Shown piece after piece: positions 39,154-46,949 of a stretch of 64,000 bases of DNA (the stretch's first letter is position 1; each line of letters begins with the position of its first letter). The translations under genes and the position numbers were made by a program. The stretch is from Acinetobacter phage vB_AbaSt_W16, in sequence record PP174317.1. The stretch is one strand, 5' to 3'. The notes under the pieces are model-generated. The model saw nothing but the letters and a program-made list of their open reading frames with translations. It did not search any database and had not been told where the DNA came from.

Positions 39154-39597
39154 TTATAAGTATAAAACAACAATACCAACATCAGGTGTAACATCCTGGA
39201 TAATCTCCGCGATTTCTTCCCAGTTGCCACCTGCAATGCCAGCACCAATTTTTGGAATACCCAATACTTTCCCTTTATAATCAACGTTCAGCTTCGTGAA
39301 TAATTCACGAATGTTTGCATATAGCTGGTCACGTGGGCATTTGCCAGGTCGATATTGTGTATATCCATTAATAATGTCGCCATAAACTGTAGTGGCTACA
39401 GAGTAATCACCTAATTTACCCCAATCACTGTATTCAGTTCGTTTATCAGCCTCAACTGCAACTGGGAATCGTCTTGCTATTTCTCCTGCTATTCCGGCTC
39501 CCATTGTATGGAAACAATTACAACCGTGGACAATTGCATCAAAATCGGAATGTTCAAAAGAATCTAACAAATTATGTTGTACATAATACTTAATCAT
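39154..39597 (-). CDS. macro domain protein (ADP-ribose binding / ADP-ribosyl hydrolase family)
   Basis: 147 aa; FDAIVHGCNCFHTMGAGIAGEIARRFP and LGIPKIGAGIAGGNWEEIAEII correspond to the two glycine-rich ADP-ribose-binding loops of macro domains. Confidence 0.7.
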   Translation of the reverse strand: MIKYYVQHNLLDSFEHSDFDAIVHGCNCFHTMGAGIAGEIARRFPVAVEADKRTEYSDWGKLGDYSVATTVYGDIINGYTQYRPGKCPRDQLYANIRELFTKLNVDYKGKVLGIPKIGAGIAGGNWEEIAEIIQDVTPDVGIVVLYL

Positions 39598-39603
39598 TGT
39601 TTA

Positions 39604-39849
39604 TTATCCACCTAGGGCCAATAAACCTAATGCTTGTTTAATTAAATTAATCGCAACATCAGGTTCAATAGTGCCTGTTAATACACCAATAACAGCAGCT
39701 AAACCTGCAACACCAATTGCACCAAGGCTTAATGTTGCACGTGGGTTCTTGCTAAAGTTATCTTTTACTTTTTTAATAGCTTCTTTAGCCATTATATTCT
39801 TCCTCGTAAGCTTCACGCGCATCGGAAACTTCTTGACCTTGTAGTACAT
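39604..39849 (-). CDS. small protein with hydrophobic C-terminus
   Basis: 81-aa ORF; the likely start is the internal MAKEAI. Confidence 0.3.
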   Translation of the reverse strand: MYYKVKKFPMRVKLTRKNIMAKEAIKKVKDNFSKNPRATLSLGAIGVAGLAAVIGVLTGTIEPDVAINLIKQALGLLALGG

Positions 39850-39976
39850 TCAAGCATACACCTAAGTTAGCATATTCCTCTGAGTCATATGCATGTACTG
39901 CATCTAAAAGTGAACGCGCATGTTCAATTGTGACATGAAGAAATTCTAATTGTTCTTCGTTTAAATGAATAGACAT
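39785..39976 (-). CDS. hypothetical protein
   Basis: 63-aa acidic ORF. Confidence 0.3.
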   Translation of the reverse strand: MSIHLNEEQLEFLHVTIEHARSLLDAVHAYDSEEYANLGVCLNVLQGQEVSDAREAYEEEYNG

Positions 39977-39990
39977 AAGGTCTCTCCTAA

Positions 39991-40182
39991 TTATTTAACA
40001 CGTGAAAAATATTTGCCCAAAACTGCTTGGTTATTTGAATTAACAGGAACCCAAATTTGTGAACCAATTGGATGTACAATGGACCCTTTATAAATTAGTG
40101 GGGTGTGACATTCCCAACATTCTACAGTAATTGTTGAAAGACGAGTTATAGCCGCTCGCCATTCATCTTCAAGACTGCTCAT
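39991..40182 (-). CDS. hypothetical small Cys-containing protein
   Basis: 63 aa with a CWEC..H motif. Confidence 0.3.
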   Translation of the reverse strand: MSSLEDEWRAAITRLSTITVECWECHTPLIYKGSIVHPIGSQIWVPVNSNNQAVLGKYFSRVK

Positions 40183-40228
40183 AATTTAACCTTTTAAATA
40201 TAATAAATATTTTAAAAAAACTTAAAAT

Positions 40229-40636
40229 TTACCCATACCACCGATGTTTAATCGGAAGCTCTCCTGCCGATTGCGCAAGATATTTATTTAAAATATCGGA
40301 TACTTTCATTGTTGATCTTTCATGATAACACTCACGAAGTCGGCAAATACTTGCGCCTAATGCATCTCGCTCTCGAGTTTGTCTGTACAAAGTTTCAAAA
40401 GATTGTTGATGTTCATGCATAATCTTTTTCAATTGACTTTCAATATAAACACTATTACCTCGACGTAAACGGTAACGGTTTAATTCTGTAATCTTTTTGG
40501 CCAATCGAGCTATACGCACTTCTGTTTTATGAATTTCTTCCTTTACATTTTTAAGTTTAAATGTAAATCCATCAATCATTTCGCGGACCAAGAATTTTTT
40601 AGTGTCAATTTGAATCACATGAGCTTTATCAAACAT
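40229..40636 (-). CDS. hypothetical protein
   Basis: 135-aa basic ORF. Confidence 0.4.
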   Translation of the reverse strand: MFDKAHVIQIDTKKFLVREMIDGFTFKLKNVKEEIHKTEVRIARLAKKITELNRYRLRRGNSVYIESQLKKIMHEHQQSFETLYRQTRERDALGASICRLRECYHERSTMKVSDILNKYLAQSAGELPIKHRWYG

Positions 40637-41175
40637 TATAATTTCTCCAAATATTGCGTAAGAGTTTTAATTAGAAATTCTACATATTCCCAACGTTTAG
40701 GATTAATCCACAATGTTCCCGTTGCAGCATCAGCATCATAACAAGTTTCACCTTCAACAGGATATGATCGATTATATTCGATATTTTGTTCTACGGACCA
40801 ATCTTTTGCAATTTTGGCCCGCATATCATATGAAAGCTCAATTAAAGAGGCATAAAAACAAATACCTTCCATTAAGTCAAGTTCAGTTCCATCACTTAAT
40901 GCAAAATAGCCTGATTGATATCTTTCCCAATTTTTATGATTGAGTTCAATGTAATGAATGATATTTTGCTTATTTTCTAAAAGCATATTAAGGCGTTTAA
41001 TACACTCTTCTAATTGACTTTTTAAAGTAATATTCAAGGCAACAACAAGCTCTAAACCTTTAAACTCGCCTGTTAAAGGTACAACAACTGTATCACTAAC
41101 CCACTTGACTTCTTCAACATCCAAGTGAACATATACTTTTTCAGTTAAACCTAGTTTAGCTTTTGCTTTGTTCAT
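40636..41175 (-). CDS. YPxGG/LWxN-family protein (paralog 1 of 4), at the T4 modA/modB position
   Basis: 179 aa; shares the C-terminal motifs G[LI]C..., YP[IV]xG[GE]... and [TN][LI]W[LI]Nx.RW with the ORFs at 41177, 56345 and 57122. Confidence 0.45.
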   Translation of the reverse strand: MNKAKAKLGLTEKVYVHLDVEEVKWVSDTVVVPLTGEFKGLELVVALNITLKSQLEECIKRLNMLLENKQNIIHYIELNHKNWERYQSGYFALSDGTELDLMEGICFYASLIELSYDMRAKIAKDWSVEQNIEYNRSYPVEGETCYDADAATGTLWINPKRWEYVEFLIKTLTQYLEKL

Positions 41176-41176
41176 T

Positions 41177-41776
41177 TTAATCTTCCAATTTTTTAAGTAA
41201 GTTGGTGACGTATTCTAAACAGAATTCCACGTATAGCCAACGGTCTTGATTTAACCATAAAGTGCGAGTTTCACATTCTATTTCAAATTGCCATTGGCCA
41301 CCTGGAATTGGGTAAGACTCTTCAAATTCAATAGTTGTTTTCCGTTCAAATTCAAGATTTGAAACAAAATCTGCCGCCATTTTACTACGTAAATTTTTAC
41401 GTACACCATATAAGTCTACATTATCACAAAGACCTTCATCAAGACTAAATCGATACCATGCGTACGCATCAGGCTTTTCGTGAGGGCCTGCAGGCATTTG
41501 GATATCGGTCCATTGCGCAAGTTCTTCATCGGATGATTCATATGCATCTAATCCACTATCACGCCATGCAATAGCTTTTTCTTCAATTAAAGCCCGATTT
41601 TCTAAGACCCACTTTAGTTTGAAAATGATATTTTCAAGGTTTTCTTTATACGTAATATGACCATACGGAAGATAATCAATTTCGTCACTTGTAAACGATG
41701 TTGTGTCTTTAGGGTCACTTAAATATACGTCAATAATTTTAGTTTTGTAATAAACTTTGAAAGTTTTCTGTTTCAT
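41177..41776 (-). CDS. YPxGG/LWxN-family protein (paralog 2 of 4)
   Basis: 199 aa; carries YPIPGGQWQFEIECETRTLWLNQDRWLYVEF. Confidence 0.45.
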   Translation of the reverse strand: MKQKTFKVYYKTKIIDVYLSDPKDTTSFTSDEIDYLPYGHITYKENLENIIFKLKWVLENRALIEEKAIAWRDSGLDAYESSDEELAQWTDIQMPAGPHEKPDAYAWYRFSLDEGLCDNVDLYGVRKNLRSKMAADFVSNLEFERKTTIEFEESYPIPGGQWQFEIECETRTLWLNQDRWLYVEFCLEYVTNLLKKLED

Positions 41777-41820
41777 AACAATTCACTCACTATGGCTGAT
41801 GCTTATTATAATACGAAAAA

Positions 41821-41846
41821 AGGGAACCCATGTAAATAGGTTCCCT
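41821..41846 (-). terminator. rho-independent terminator
   Basis: agggaacc-catgtaaata-ggttccct hairpin preceded by an A-run. Confidence 0.5.
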
Positions 41847-41855
41847 AAAAATATT

Positions 41856-42377
41856 TTAATAAAATGGTGAATATTCGCCCGTATTTAAAAATAAACGAAG
41901 TTTCTTTAATACTTCAACTTCGCCTAATCGTGATCCCAGGTTGAAAATTGGAATATCATAATCAAATGCGATTCTTAAAGCCATTGCTGTACCACCGGTT
42001 AACTTTCCATCTGGTGTCCAACATACTACAAAATCTACTGGTGTTTTTAGATCATCGCCTAAAACAATTTGAGCATTCCGACCATGCATTTTACGAGCAG
42101 AGAAACTACATGCTTTCCAATTAGGATGATATTTTGCAGCAAAATCAATATGTCTTTGATACAATTCTGGTGTATCTGAATAAAATCCGTTATATCCTTG
42201 CCATGGTAACCATAAAACAGTAGATGACGGTGCACCGTCAAAGAAAGCTTTATCTGCGCCAATTGCACCGCCTGTATGACAAATGTGCCCCGCGGAATCA
42301 AGTTCTTTTGAAATTTGTCGCATGATTGCAAGAATATTCATTGGTGTTCGGCGACTGCCGATGCCAGCATAATTCAT
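41856..42377 (-). CDS. SLOG / DprA(Smf)-like Rossmann-fold protein
   Basis: GIGSRRTP...GHICHTGGAIGADKAF...LWLPWQGYNG...RNAQIVLGDD...VVCWTPDG..GGTAMALRIAFDYDIPIFNL follows the DprA/LOG nucleotide-binding core. A start at MNYAG gives an ATGA overlap with the upstream gene; the track ORF runs to 42461. Confidence 0.55.
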   Translation of the reverse strand: MNYAGIGSRRTPMNILAIMRQISKELDSAGHICHTGGAIGADKAFFDGAPSSTVLWLPWQGYNGFYSDTPELYQRHIDFAAKYHPNWKACSFSARKMHGRNAQIVLGDDLKTPVDFVVCWTPDGKLTGGTAMALRIAFDYDIPIFNLGSRLGEVEVLKKLRLFLNTGEYSPFY

Positions 42378-42634
42378 ACGATCTCCACATAAGTACACTT
42401 GTATTTTCGAGACCATAATCGCATCATTTGTGAAAGGTCTCTTGCACTCCATTTTCTCCAACTTGATGGCGAATTTAGTACAAAGTACATTTGGCCATTT
42501 TTATAATTTGAATATGAAGGATCACTTTTATGTAATTGAATTAATAAAACAGCAGAACCATCTGCATTAAGTTTAATACATTTACGATTCTTTTTACTTA
42601 ACATTGATGTAACACATTTCATAAACTTCTCCAA
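42374..42634 (-). CDS. hypothetical protein
   Basis: 86-aa basic ORF. Confidence 0.35.
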   Translation of the reverse strand: MEKFMKCVTSMLSKKNRKCIKLNADGSAVLLIQLHKSDPSYSNYKNGQMYFVLNSPSSWRKWSARDLSQMMRLWSRKYKCTYVEIV

Positions 42635-42638
42635 AAAT

Positions 42639-42662
42639 TAAAGGGACCAATTAGGTCCCTTT
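42639..42662 (-). terminator. rho-independent terminator
   Basis: aagggacc-aatt-aggtccctt hairpin; nearly the same sequence as the hairpin at 51411. Confidence 0.55.
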
Positions 42663-42664
42663 TC

Positions 42665-43168
42665 TTATAATACATCAGAAAGATATTGATATGGACCTAA
42701 AACAATTTTATCGCATTGTGTATCAAACTCACATGTATCAATAAAGTCGTCCCATTTTTCATCCATTAATTTAATAAAACCTTCTGGACTTCCGCGTCGT
42801 TTATAACGCTCAATGTATTCGCCTTTTAAAGATCGATCTGGATAAACAAGAACATATGGAATACCGACTTTTTGCATTTCCTCTCGGACTTCTGCATGGC
42901 TGGATACCATCACCAAATAATTATCGCCCGCGTGTCGATGAATAATTTCTCGCATGTGTTGGATATAATTGCCTGGAAATTCTGCTTTGTCAAAAGTTGA
43001 ACTATCCGAGTCATATACAAATGCATCGCCTGGGCCTGGGACCATACGGAAAATTGCTGTCCCATTTGCACGAACTGGATATAATCCATTCTTTGGTGCA
43101 TTACCATAAATTGATGATTTACCTGTACCTGGAAAGGCGCTAATAAATCCAATAGTTTCAATACGTTT
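42665..43168 (-). CDS. P-loop NTPase / kinase-like protein
   Basis: Walker A AFPGTGKSS and a candidate Walker B AFVYD. The start is probably the internal MKRIET; the track ORF runs to 43207. Confidence 0.5.
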   Translation of the reverse strand, partial: KRIETIGFISAFPGTGKSSIYGNAPKNGLYPVRANGTAIFRMVPGPGDAFVYDSDSSTFDKAEFPGNYIQHMREIIHRHAGDNYLVMVSSHAEVREEMQKVGIPYVLVYPDRSLKGEYIERYKRRGSPEGFIKLMDEKWDDFIDTCEFDTQCDKIVLGPYQYLSDVL

Positions 43169-43279
43169 CATATTATCCCCAAATCCAATAGCCGATACCA
43201 AGTCCAATTAAACCGAATGTCGAACATCCTGCAATAAATACCGCCAAACAAGCTGACGCAACACCGTCAATATTAAACA

Positions 43280-43468
43280 TTATGATGATCCTTTACGATT
43301 AATACCATATGATCGCAAAACTTTACTCGGGGTGACTTTCCATTCACGGGTTATACGCCACCCAAGACAAATATAAAGTTTCATAAATTTTCGAAGGACT
43401 AATGTTTTAACAATTAAATCACCTTCGGTTTTTGCCATTTCAACATATTCATTATCTTGCATAAGCAC
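43280..43468 (-). CDS. hypothetical protein
   Basis: 62-aa ORF. Confidence 0.3.
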   Translation of the reverse strand: MLMQDNEYVEMAKTEGDLIVKTLVLRKFMKLYICLGWRITREWKVTPSKVLRSYGINRKGSS

Positions 43469-43474
43469 CTCAAA

Positions 43475-43493
43475 AAGGGCCCGAAGGCCCTTA
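43475..43493 (-). terminator. rho-independent terminator
   Basis: aagggcc-cgaa-ggccctt hairpin preceded by an A-run. Confidence 0.5.
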
Positions 43494-43602
43494 TATCATT
43501 TTCCAAGTAAGCGCTTAGTGCGAGCAAAGCCTAATTCAAGAGACAACTTCATGGTTGCTTTTGGATCACGAATTTTACCGCGTTTAGAAGTATTAAATTC
43601 AG

Positions 43603-43905
43603 TTACTTGTACAGTTTCTTTCTTAGCCATGATTTCATGTCCTTTAAAATAGATTTAAGAGTAATTTCTCGAGATTCTAATATTTTATCAGAATAACGAA
43701 TAAAGATTTGTGTTAAAGATTCATTATCTTTAACGTCTAGGGAGAAACCCGCCTCCCAACCTGCGGGATAACTTACATCAAAAATATCATAAGAATTTTG
43801 AAGTAAATCATCAATTGCGTCATCAGTCAATGTTATTGTCTGATTTGAATTTTTCGAGTTCCGCATCTGCTTTTTCCTTAGCTCGCTGACTGTGCTCTTC
43901 AGCAA
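43603..43905 (-). CDS. hypothetical protein
   Basis: 100-aa ORF. Confidence 0.35.
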   Translation of the reverse strand: MLKSTVSELRKKQMRNSKNSNQTITLTDDAIDDLLQNSYDIFDVSYPAGWEAGFSLDVKDNESLTQIFIRYSDKILESREITLKSILKDMKSWLRKKLYK

Positions 43906-43974
43906 GTAGGATGCCTAACGCAATCGGTAATCCTATTATGCCACAAAGAAATCCAAAAGCGAGAATAGTGCCTA

Positions 43975-44283
43975 TCACAATTCAATTCCAAAAAGACCGC
44001 CACAACGATTATCGGAATTGAATTCTTCCAATTCGAAATACATATTTTCCCATGTAGGAATTTCCATTTGTAAATCGGCGACTTCAACCCATTCGCCTAC
44101 TGTATCCCATGCATCTCCATTTGGAAATACTGCATCACCTTTTGATGCAAATGCATGAATTTTACCATCTTTGTCAATTGCAACAGCAACTGTTTCTTCA
44201 GGCACATACAGCGTTTCAACCTCAAAAGGTTTAATGTAATGCATGTTTAACAAAATATGCGCAGGTTGAAAAGTTTTTAACAT
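43975..44283 (-). CDS. hypothetical protein
   Basis: 102-aa acidic ORF; its 5' leader is duplicated upstream of the next gene. Confidence 0.4.
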   Translation of the reverse strand: MLKTFQPAHILLNMHYIKPFEVETLYVPEETVAVAIDKDGKIHAFASKGDAVFPNGDAWDTVGEWVEVADLQMEIPTWENMYFELEEFNSDNRCGGLFGIEL

Positions 44284-44324
44284 GATAATTTACTCACATT
44301 ATGTTGATTTGATAAGATCATTTA

Positions 44325-44365
44325 TACACTTTGTGTTAATTATATAATCATTAACACAAAGTGTA
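44325..44365. repeat. 16-bp perfect inverted repeat with TATATAATC spacer
   Basis: tacactttgtgttaat-tatataatc-attaacacaaagtgta. Confidence 0.6.
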
Positions 44366-44384
44366 AATTATTTTAAAGACTTTT

Positions 44385-44741
44385 CTAAATGTCTTTCGAT
44401 TGCAACGTATCTGTCCAATCTAATGTATCAAAGTCCACGTTTACAAAAGTGAAAACACTATTTGACAGATCTAAATACTTGTCCACATCAGAGTCTGACC
44501 AAATACCTTCCGACAATATTGCCGAAGGCTCATTTTCATAGGCTCGCCATCCTCCCAATTGATCCATCGCTACAAAGTGATAATTTTCTGGAATTTTAGT
44601 CCAGTCAATCAAAATTTTAGAATTGTCCAATTTACATATAAAATTATTGACAATAAGTTCAACTTCTTTACCGTGAAAATTATTAAACTCACTTAATGTT
44701 TCTTCAAGTGATACTTTGATTTGTGCGATTGAAAATTTCAT
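44385..44741 (-). CDS. hypothetical protein
   Basis: 118-aa ORF. Confidence 0.4.
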   Translation of the reverse strand: MKFSIAQIKVSLEETLSEFNNFHGKEVELIVNNFICKLDNSKILIDWTKIPENYHFVAMDQLGGWRAYENEPSAILSEGIWSDSDVDKYLDLSNSVFTFVNVDFDTLDWTDTLQSKDI

Positions 44742-44811
44742 AACCTTTTACTCATCGTTGATTTGATAAGATCATTATATAATAGTTAAATTATAAAGTA
44801 CACACTTATTT

Positions 44812-45156
44812 TTAACTATTTTCCATTGCAATAATGGCGTTTACCCATTTTTTACACATTAAAGAATGACTTAATTTAGATAATTTTGTTTCTCTCCATC
44901 CGTCTCGTATATGTTTACGAGCATCACTTTTACGTACAACTCGTTCCATATAATTAAAACCTAAACCTTTACAAAGCTCAACATATTCATGTTTAGGTTC
45001 CCAATGTTTAGGTAAAAGAGTTGGATACACTTCAATATTATCCAAATACATCTTAACAAAGGCAGTATGATCCGCATCTTTAACTTCATCTACGGACAAA
45101 ATCATTTTATTAATGTCTTCACCAAGTAATTCTGCGAGTGATTTAATCTTGCTCAT
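44812..45156 (-). CDS. hypothetical protein (paralog of 45582..45857)
   Basis: EYVELCKG...RKHIRDGWRETKLSKLSHSLMCKKW is shared with the ORF at 45582. Confidence 0.4.
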   Translation of the reverse strand: MSKIKSLAELLGEDINKMILSVDEVKDADHTAFVKMYLDNIEVYPTLLPKHWEPKHEYVELCKGLGFNYMERVVRKSDARKHIRDGWRETKLSKLSHSLMCKKWVNAIIAMENS

Positions 45157-45580
45157 CTTTAACCCTTAGTATATCAAAATCAACTTGAACCTCGTATACA
45201 CCATTAGAATATTCATTGAGATATATGCAGTGATCTGCAGCATCTTGAATATTATCAAATGTTTTAACATGATTATATTCGCCATAATCAAATTCAACAA
45301 CATTATATTTAAAATTATGTGCGATTTTATGAACAATTTCTTCTTCTTTGTATTCAACAAATAATTTAATGTCATCGCATGTTAATTTTAAATGTGAATT
45401 TAAATGTGCAACTTCACGTTGACGCCAAATAGGCTCATTTGTTAATGAATACACAAATCCATCATCACTAATTCTTACAAAGGAAGTTTGGCATAAAGGA
45501 TGCGTTGCATGTAAAGGTTTTGTCGAATTACCCAATACTTTGCCTAAAATGTTACCTTTAATAACTTTATAAACTTTCAT
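45143..45580 (-). CDS. hypothetical protein
   Basis: 145-aa ORF. Confidence 0.4.
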   Translation of the reverse strand: MKVYKVIKGNILGKVLGNSTKPLHATHPLCQTSFVRISDDGFVYSLTNEPIWRQREVAHLNSHLKLTCDDIKLFVEYKEEEIVHKIAHNFKYNVVEFDYGEYNHVKTFDNIQDAADHCIYLNEYSNGVYEVQVDFDILRVKDEQD

Positions 45581-45581
45581 A

Positions 45582-45857
45582 TTATTGTTGCTCCATCATA
45601 TCAATTTCTGTGCGCCATTTCTTAATAACTAAAGATGGACTAACTTTTGAAAGGCTAGTAATGCGCCAGCCAGCTTCTATATGTTGTTTAACTTCAGACT
45701 TTAACACAATCTTTTCAATATAAGTATGATTTTCGCCACAATAAAGTTCAACATATTCCTTTTTAGGGCGGTTCTCAAGACTTTTAAGAAGACGCTTTGC
45801 AAAAGCACTTTCAGGTTTAGCTTTAAGTTCATTAACAAGATATGCAACTTTACTCAT
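45582..45857 (-). CDS. hypothetical protein (paralog of 44812..45156)
   Basis: EYVELYCG...KQHIEAGWRITSLSKVSPSLVIKKW. Confidence 0.4.
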   Translation of the reverse strand: MSKVAYLVNELKAKPESAFAKRLLKSLENRPKKEYVELYCGENHTYIEKIVLKSEVKQHIEAGWRITSLSKVSPSLVIKKWRTEIDMMEQQ

Positions 45858-45920
45858 AACAATATACTCATCAGATTATGCAAGTATTATATAATGAATT
45901 TTTTTAAATGTACACTAAAA

Positions 45921-45936
45921 AAGGCCCGAAGGCCTT
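45921..45936 (-). terminator. rho-independent terminator
   Basis: aaggcc-cgaa-ggcctt hairpin preceded by an A-run. Confidence 0.5.
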
Positions 45937-45939
45937 AAT

Positions 45940-46263
45940 TTATTTCAAAAATGTATTGAATCGTTTGATGTGATCTTCTGCCTCATCAATTGTATCAAAT
46001 GGTTCATAATTAAGAGTATGATCATCAAAACGAATTCCATCGCTAGTTGTAGTACATCCGACAATCATATAATACCAATCATCAAGATGTGATACTGAAT
46101 AAATCACATAGCTGTTAATTACAGGTTTACCGTCACGAGCGTCTGCCGTAATTTTAGTAATATGATTTTCAGCAATATGACGAAGGGCAATAAGAGGGAA
46201 ATGTTGTTTTAAAGCAGTAAGCAATTCTTGGTTTGTTGGAACATTGATAGTTAATGATTTCAT
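45940..46263 (-). CDS. hypothetical protein
   Basis: The start is probably the internal MKSLTINV; the track ORF runs to 46356. Confidence 0.35.
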   Translation of the reverse strand: MKSLTINVPTNQELLTALKQHFPLIALRHIAENHITKITADARDGKPVINSYVIYSVSHLDDWYYMIVGCTTTSDGIRFDDHTLNYEPFDTIDEAEDHIKRFNTFLK

Positions 46264-46345
46264 AATATTTTCCTCAAGTGTATCAGTGTATCTGATGTAA
46301 TCATTATAAACCAGGTTAAAAATAAAGTAAACTGTTAAATGAAAA

Positions 46346-46367
46346 AAGGCGCTCATTGAGCGCCTTT
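46346..46367 (-). terminator. rho-independent terminator after gene 56
   Basis: aaggcgctc-attg-agcgcctt hairpin preceded by an A-run. Confidence 0.55.
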
Positions 46368-46371
46368 ATTT

Positions 46372-46896
46372 TTAGTAACCCCGGTCTTGACGAGCAAAGT
46401 TTTCAGCATTTTTAATGAAGTAGCCTTCAAAAATATCTTCAGAAGTAAGACCTAACGCAATGTTCATGTTCAAGAAGAAATGCCATAAGTCTATAATTTC
46501 AAAGAAGATTTCACGACGATCATCAGCAGAAAGATCTTCAAGTTTTGTATTACGCATATCTAAGTTTTTGGCACGCCATGCTTTCCATACAGAAGTCGCT
46601 GCGGATTCGCCATTAGACATACCACCAAACGATGTAAGCAATTCACGGAATTCGTCACTCATTGAGTCCCATTGTGTACGCATCCAATCAACGGCTTGAC
46701 CTGCAGTTTCGATTTCATTTGGATTTAAGTTCATTTCAGGTTTTTCTTTTGCAAGTTTAACTTGTAATGAACGTTGCATTTGCATCATAATATCAAGATA
46801 TTGTTCGCCATTAGAACGGATGCCTTCAGCTGCATTACGCGCTTGTTGAGTTGCTTCGTCTGTAACTAATTGTGCGCAAGCGTTAAATTGTGCCAT
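46372..46896 (-). CDS. 56: dCTP pyrophosphatase (dCTPase) gp56
   Basis: MAQFNACAQL, MQMQRSLQVKLA, ETAGQAVDWMRTQ.D...DEFRELLTS, LNM..LG...E.IF..Y..KN.ENFARQDRGY are colinear with T4 gp56. Confidence 0.88.
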   Translation of the reverse strand: MAQFNACAQLVTDEATQQARNAAEGIRSNGEQYLDIMMQMQRSLQVKLAKEKPEMNLNPNEIETAGQAVDWMRTQWDSMSDEFRELLTSFGGMSNGESAATSVWKAWRAKNLDMRNTKLEDLSADDRREIFFEIIDLWHFFLNMNIALGLTSEDIFEGYFIKNAENFARQDRGY

Positions 46897-46949
46897 GTGT
46901 ATTTCTCCAAGATAATTTGGGTTGTTTATTTGATAAAGTTATAATAACA

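Noticed and set aside
40636-41776. Calling the tandem paralogs ModA/ModB ADP-ribosyltransferases outright
   Set aside because: Position and size fit, and an E-x-E-like triplet is present near the C-terminus. I could not convincingly align the Arg and Ser-Thr-Ser elements to the T4 ModA/ModB sequences from memory, so the call is kept as a hypothesis.
43497-43629. 44-aa basic minus-strand ORF (MAKKETVQVTEFNTSKRGKIRDPKATMKLSLELGFARTKRLLGK) overlapping the end of 43603..43905
   Set aside because: Its start overlaps the upstream gene by 27 nt and it lacks a convincing RBS. It is possibly real but the support is too weak to list as a feature.
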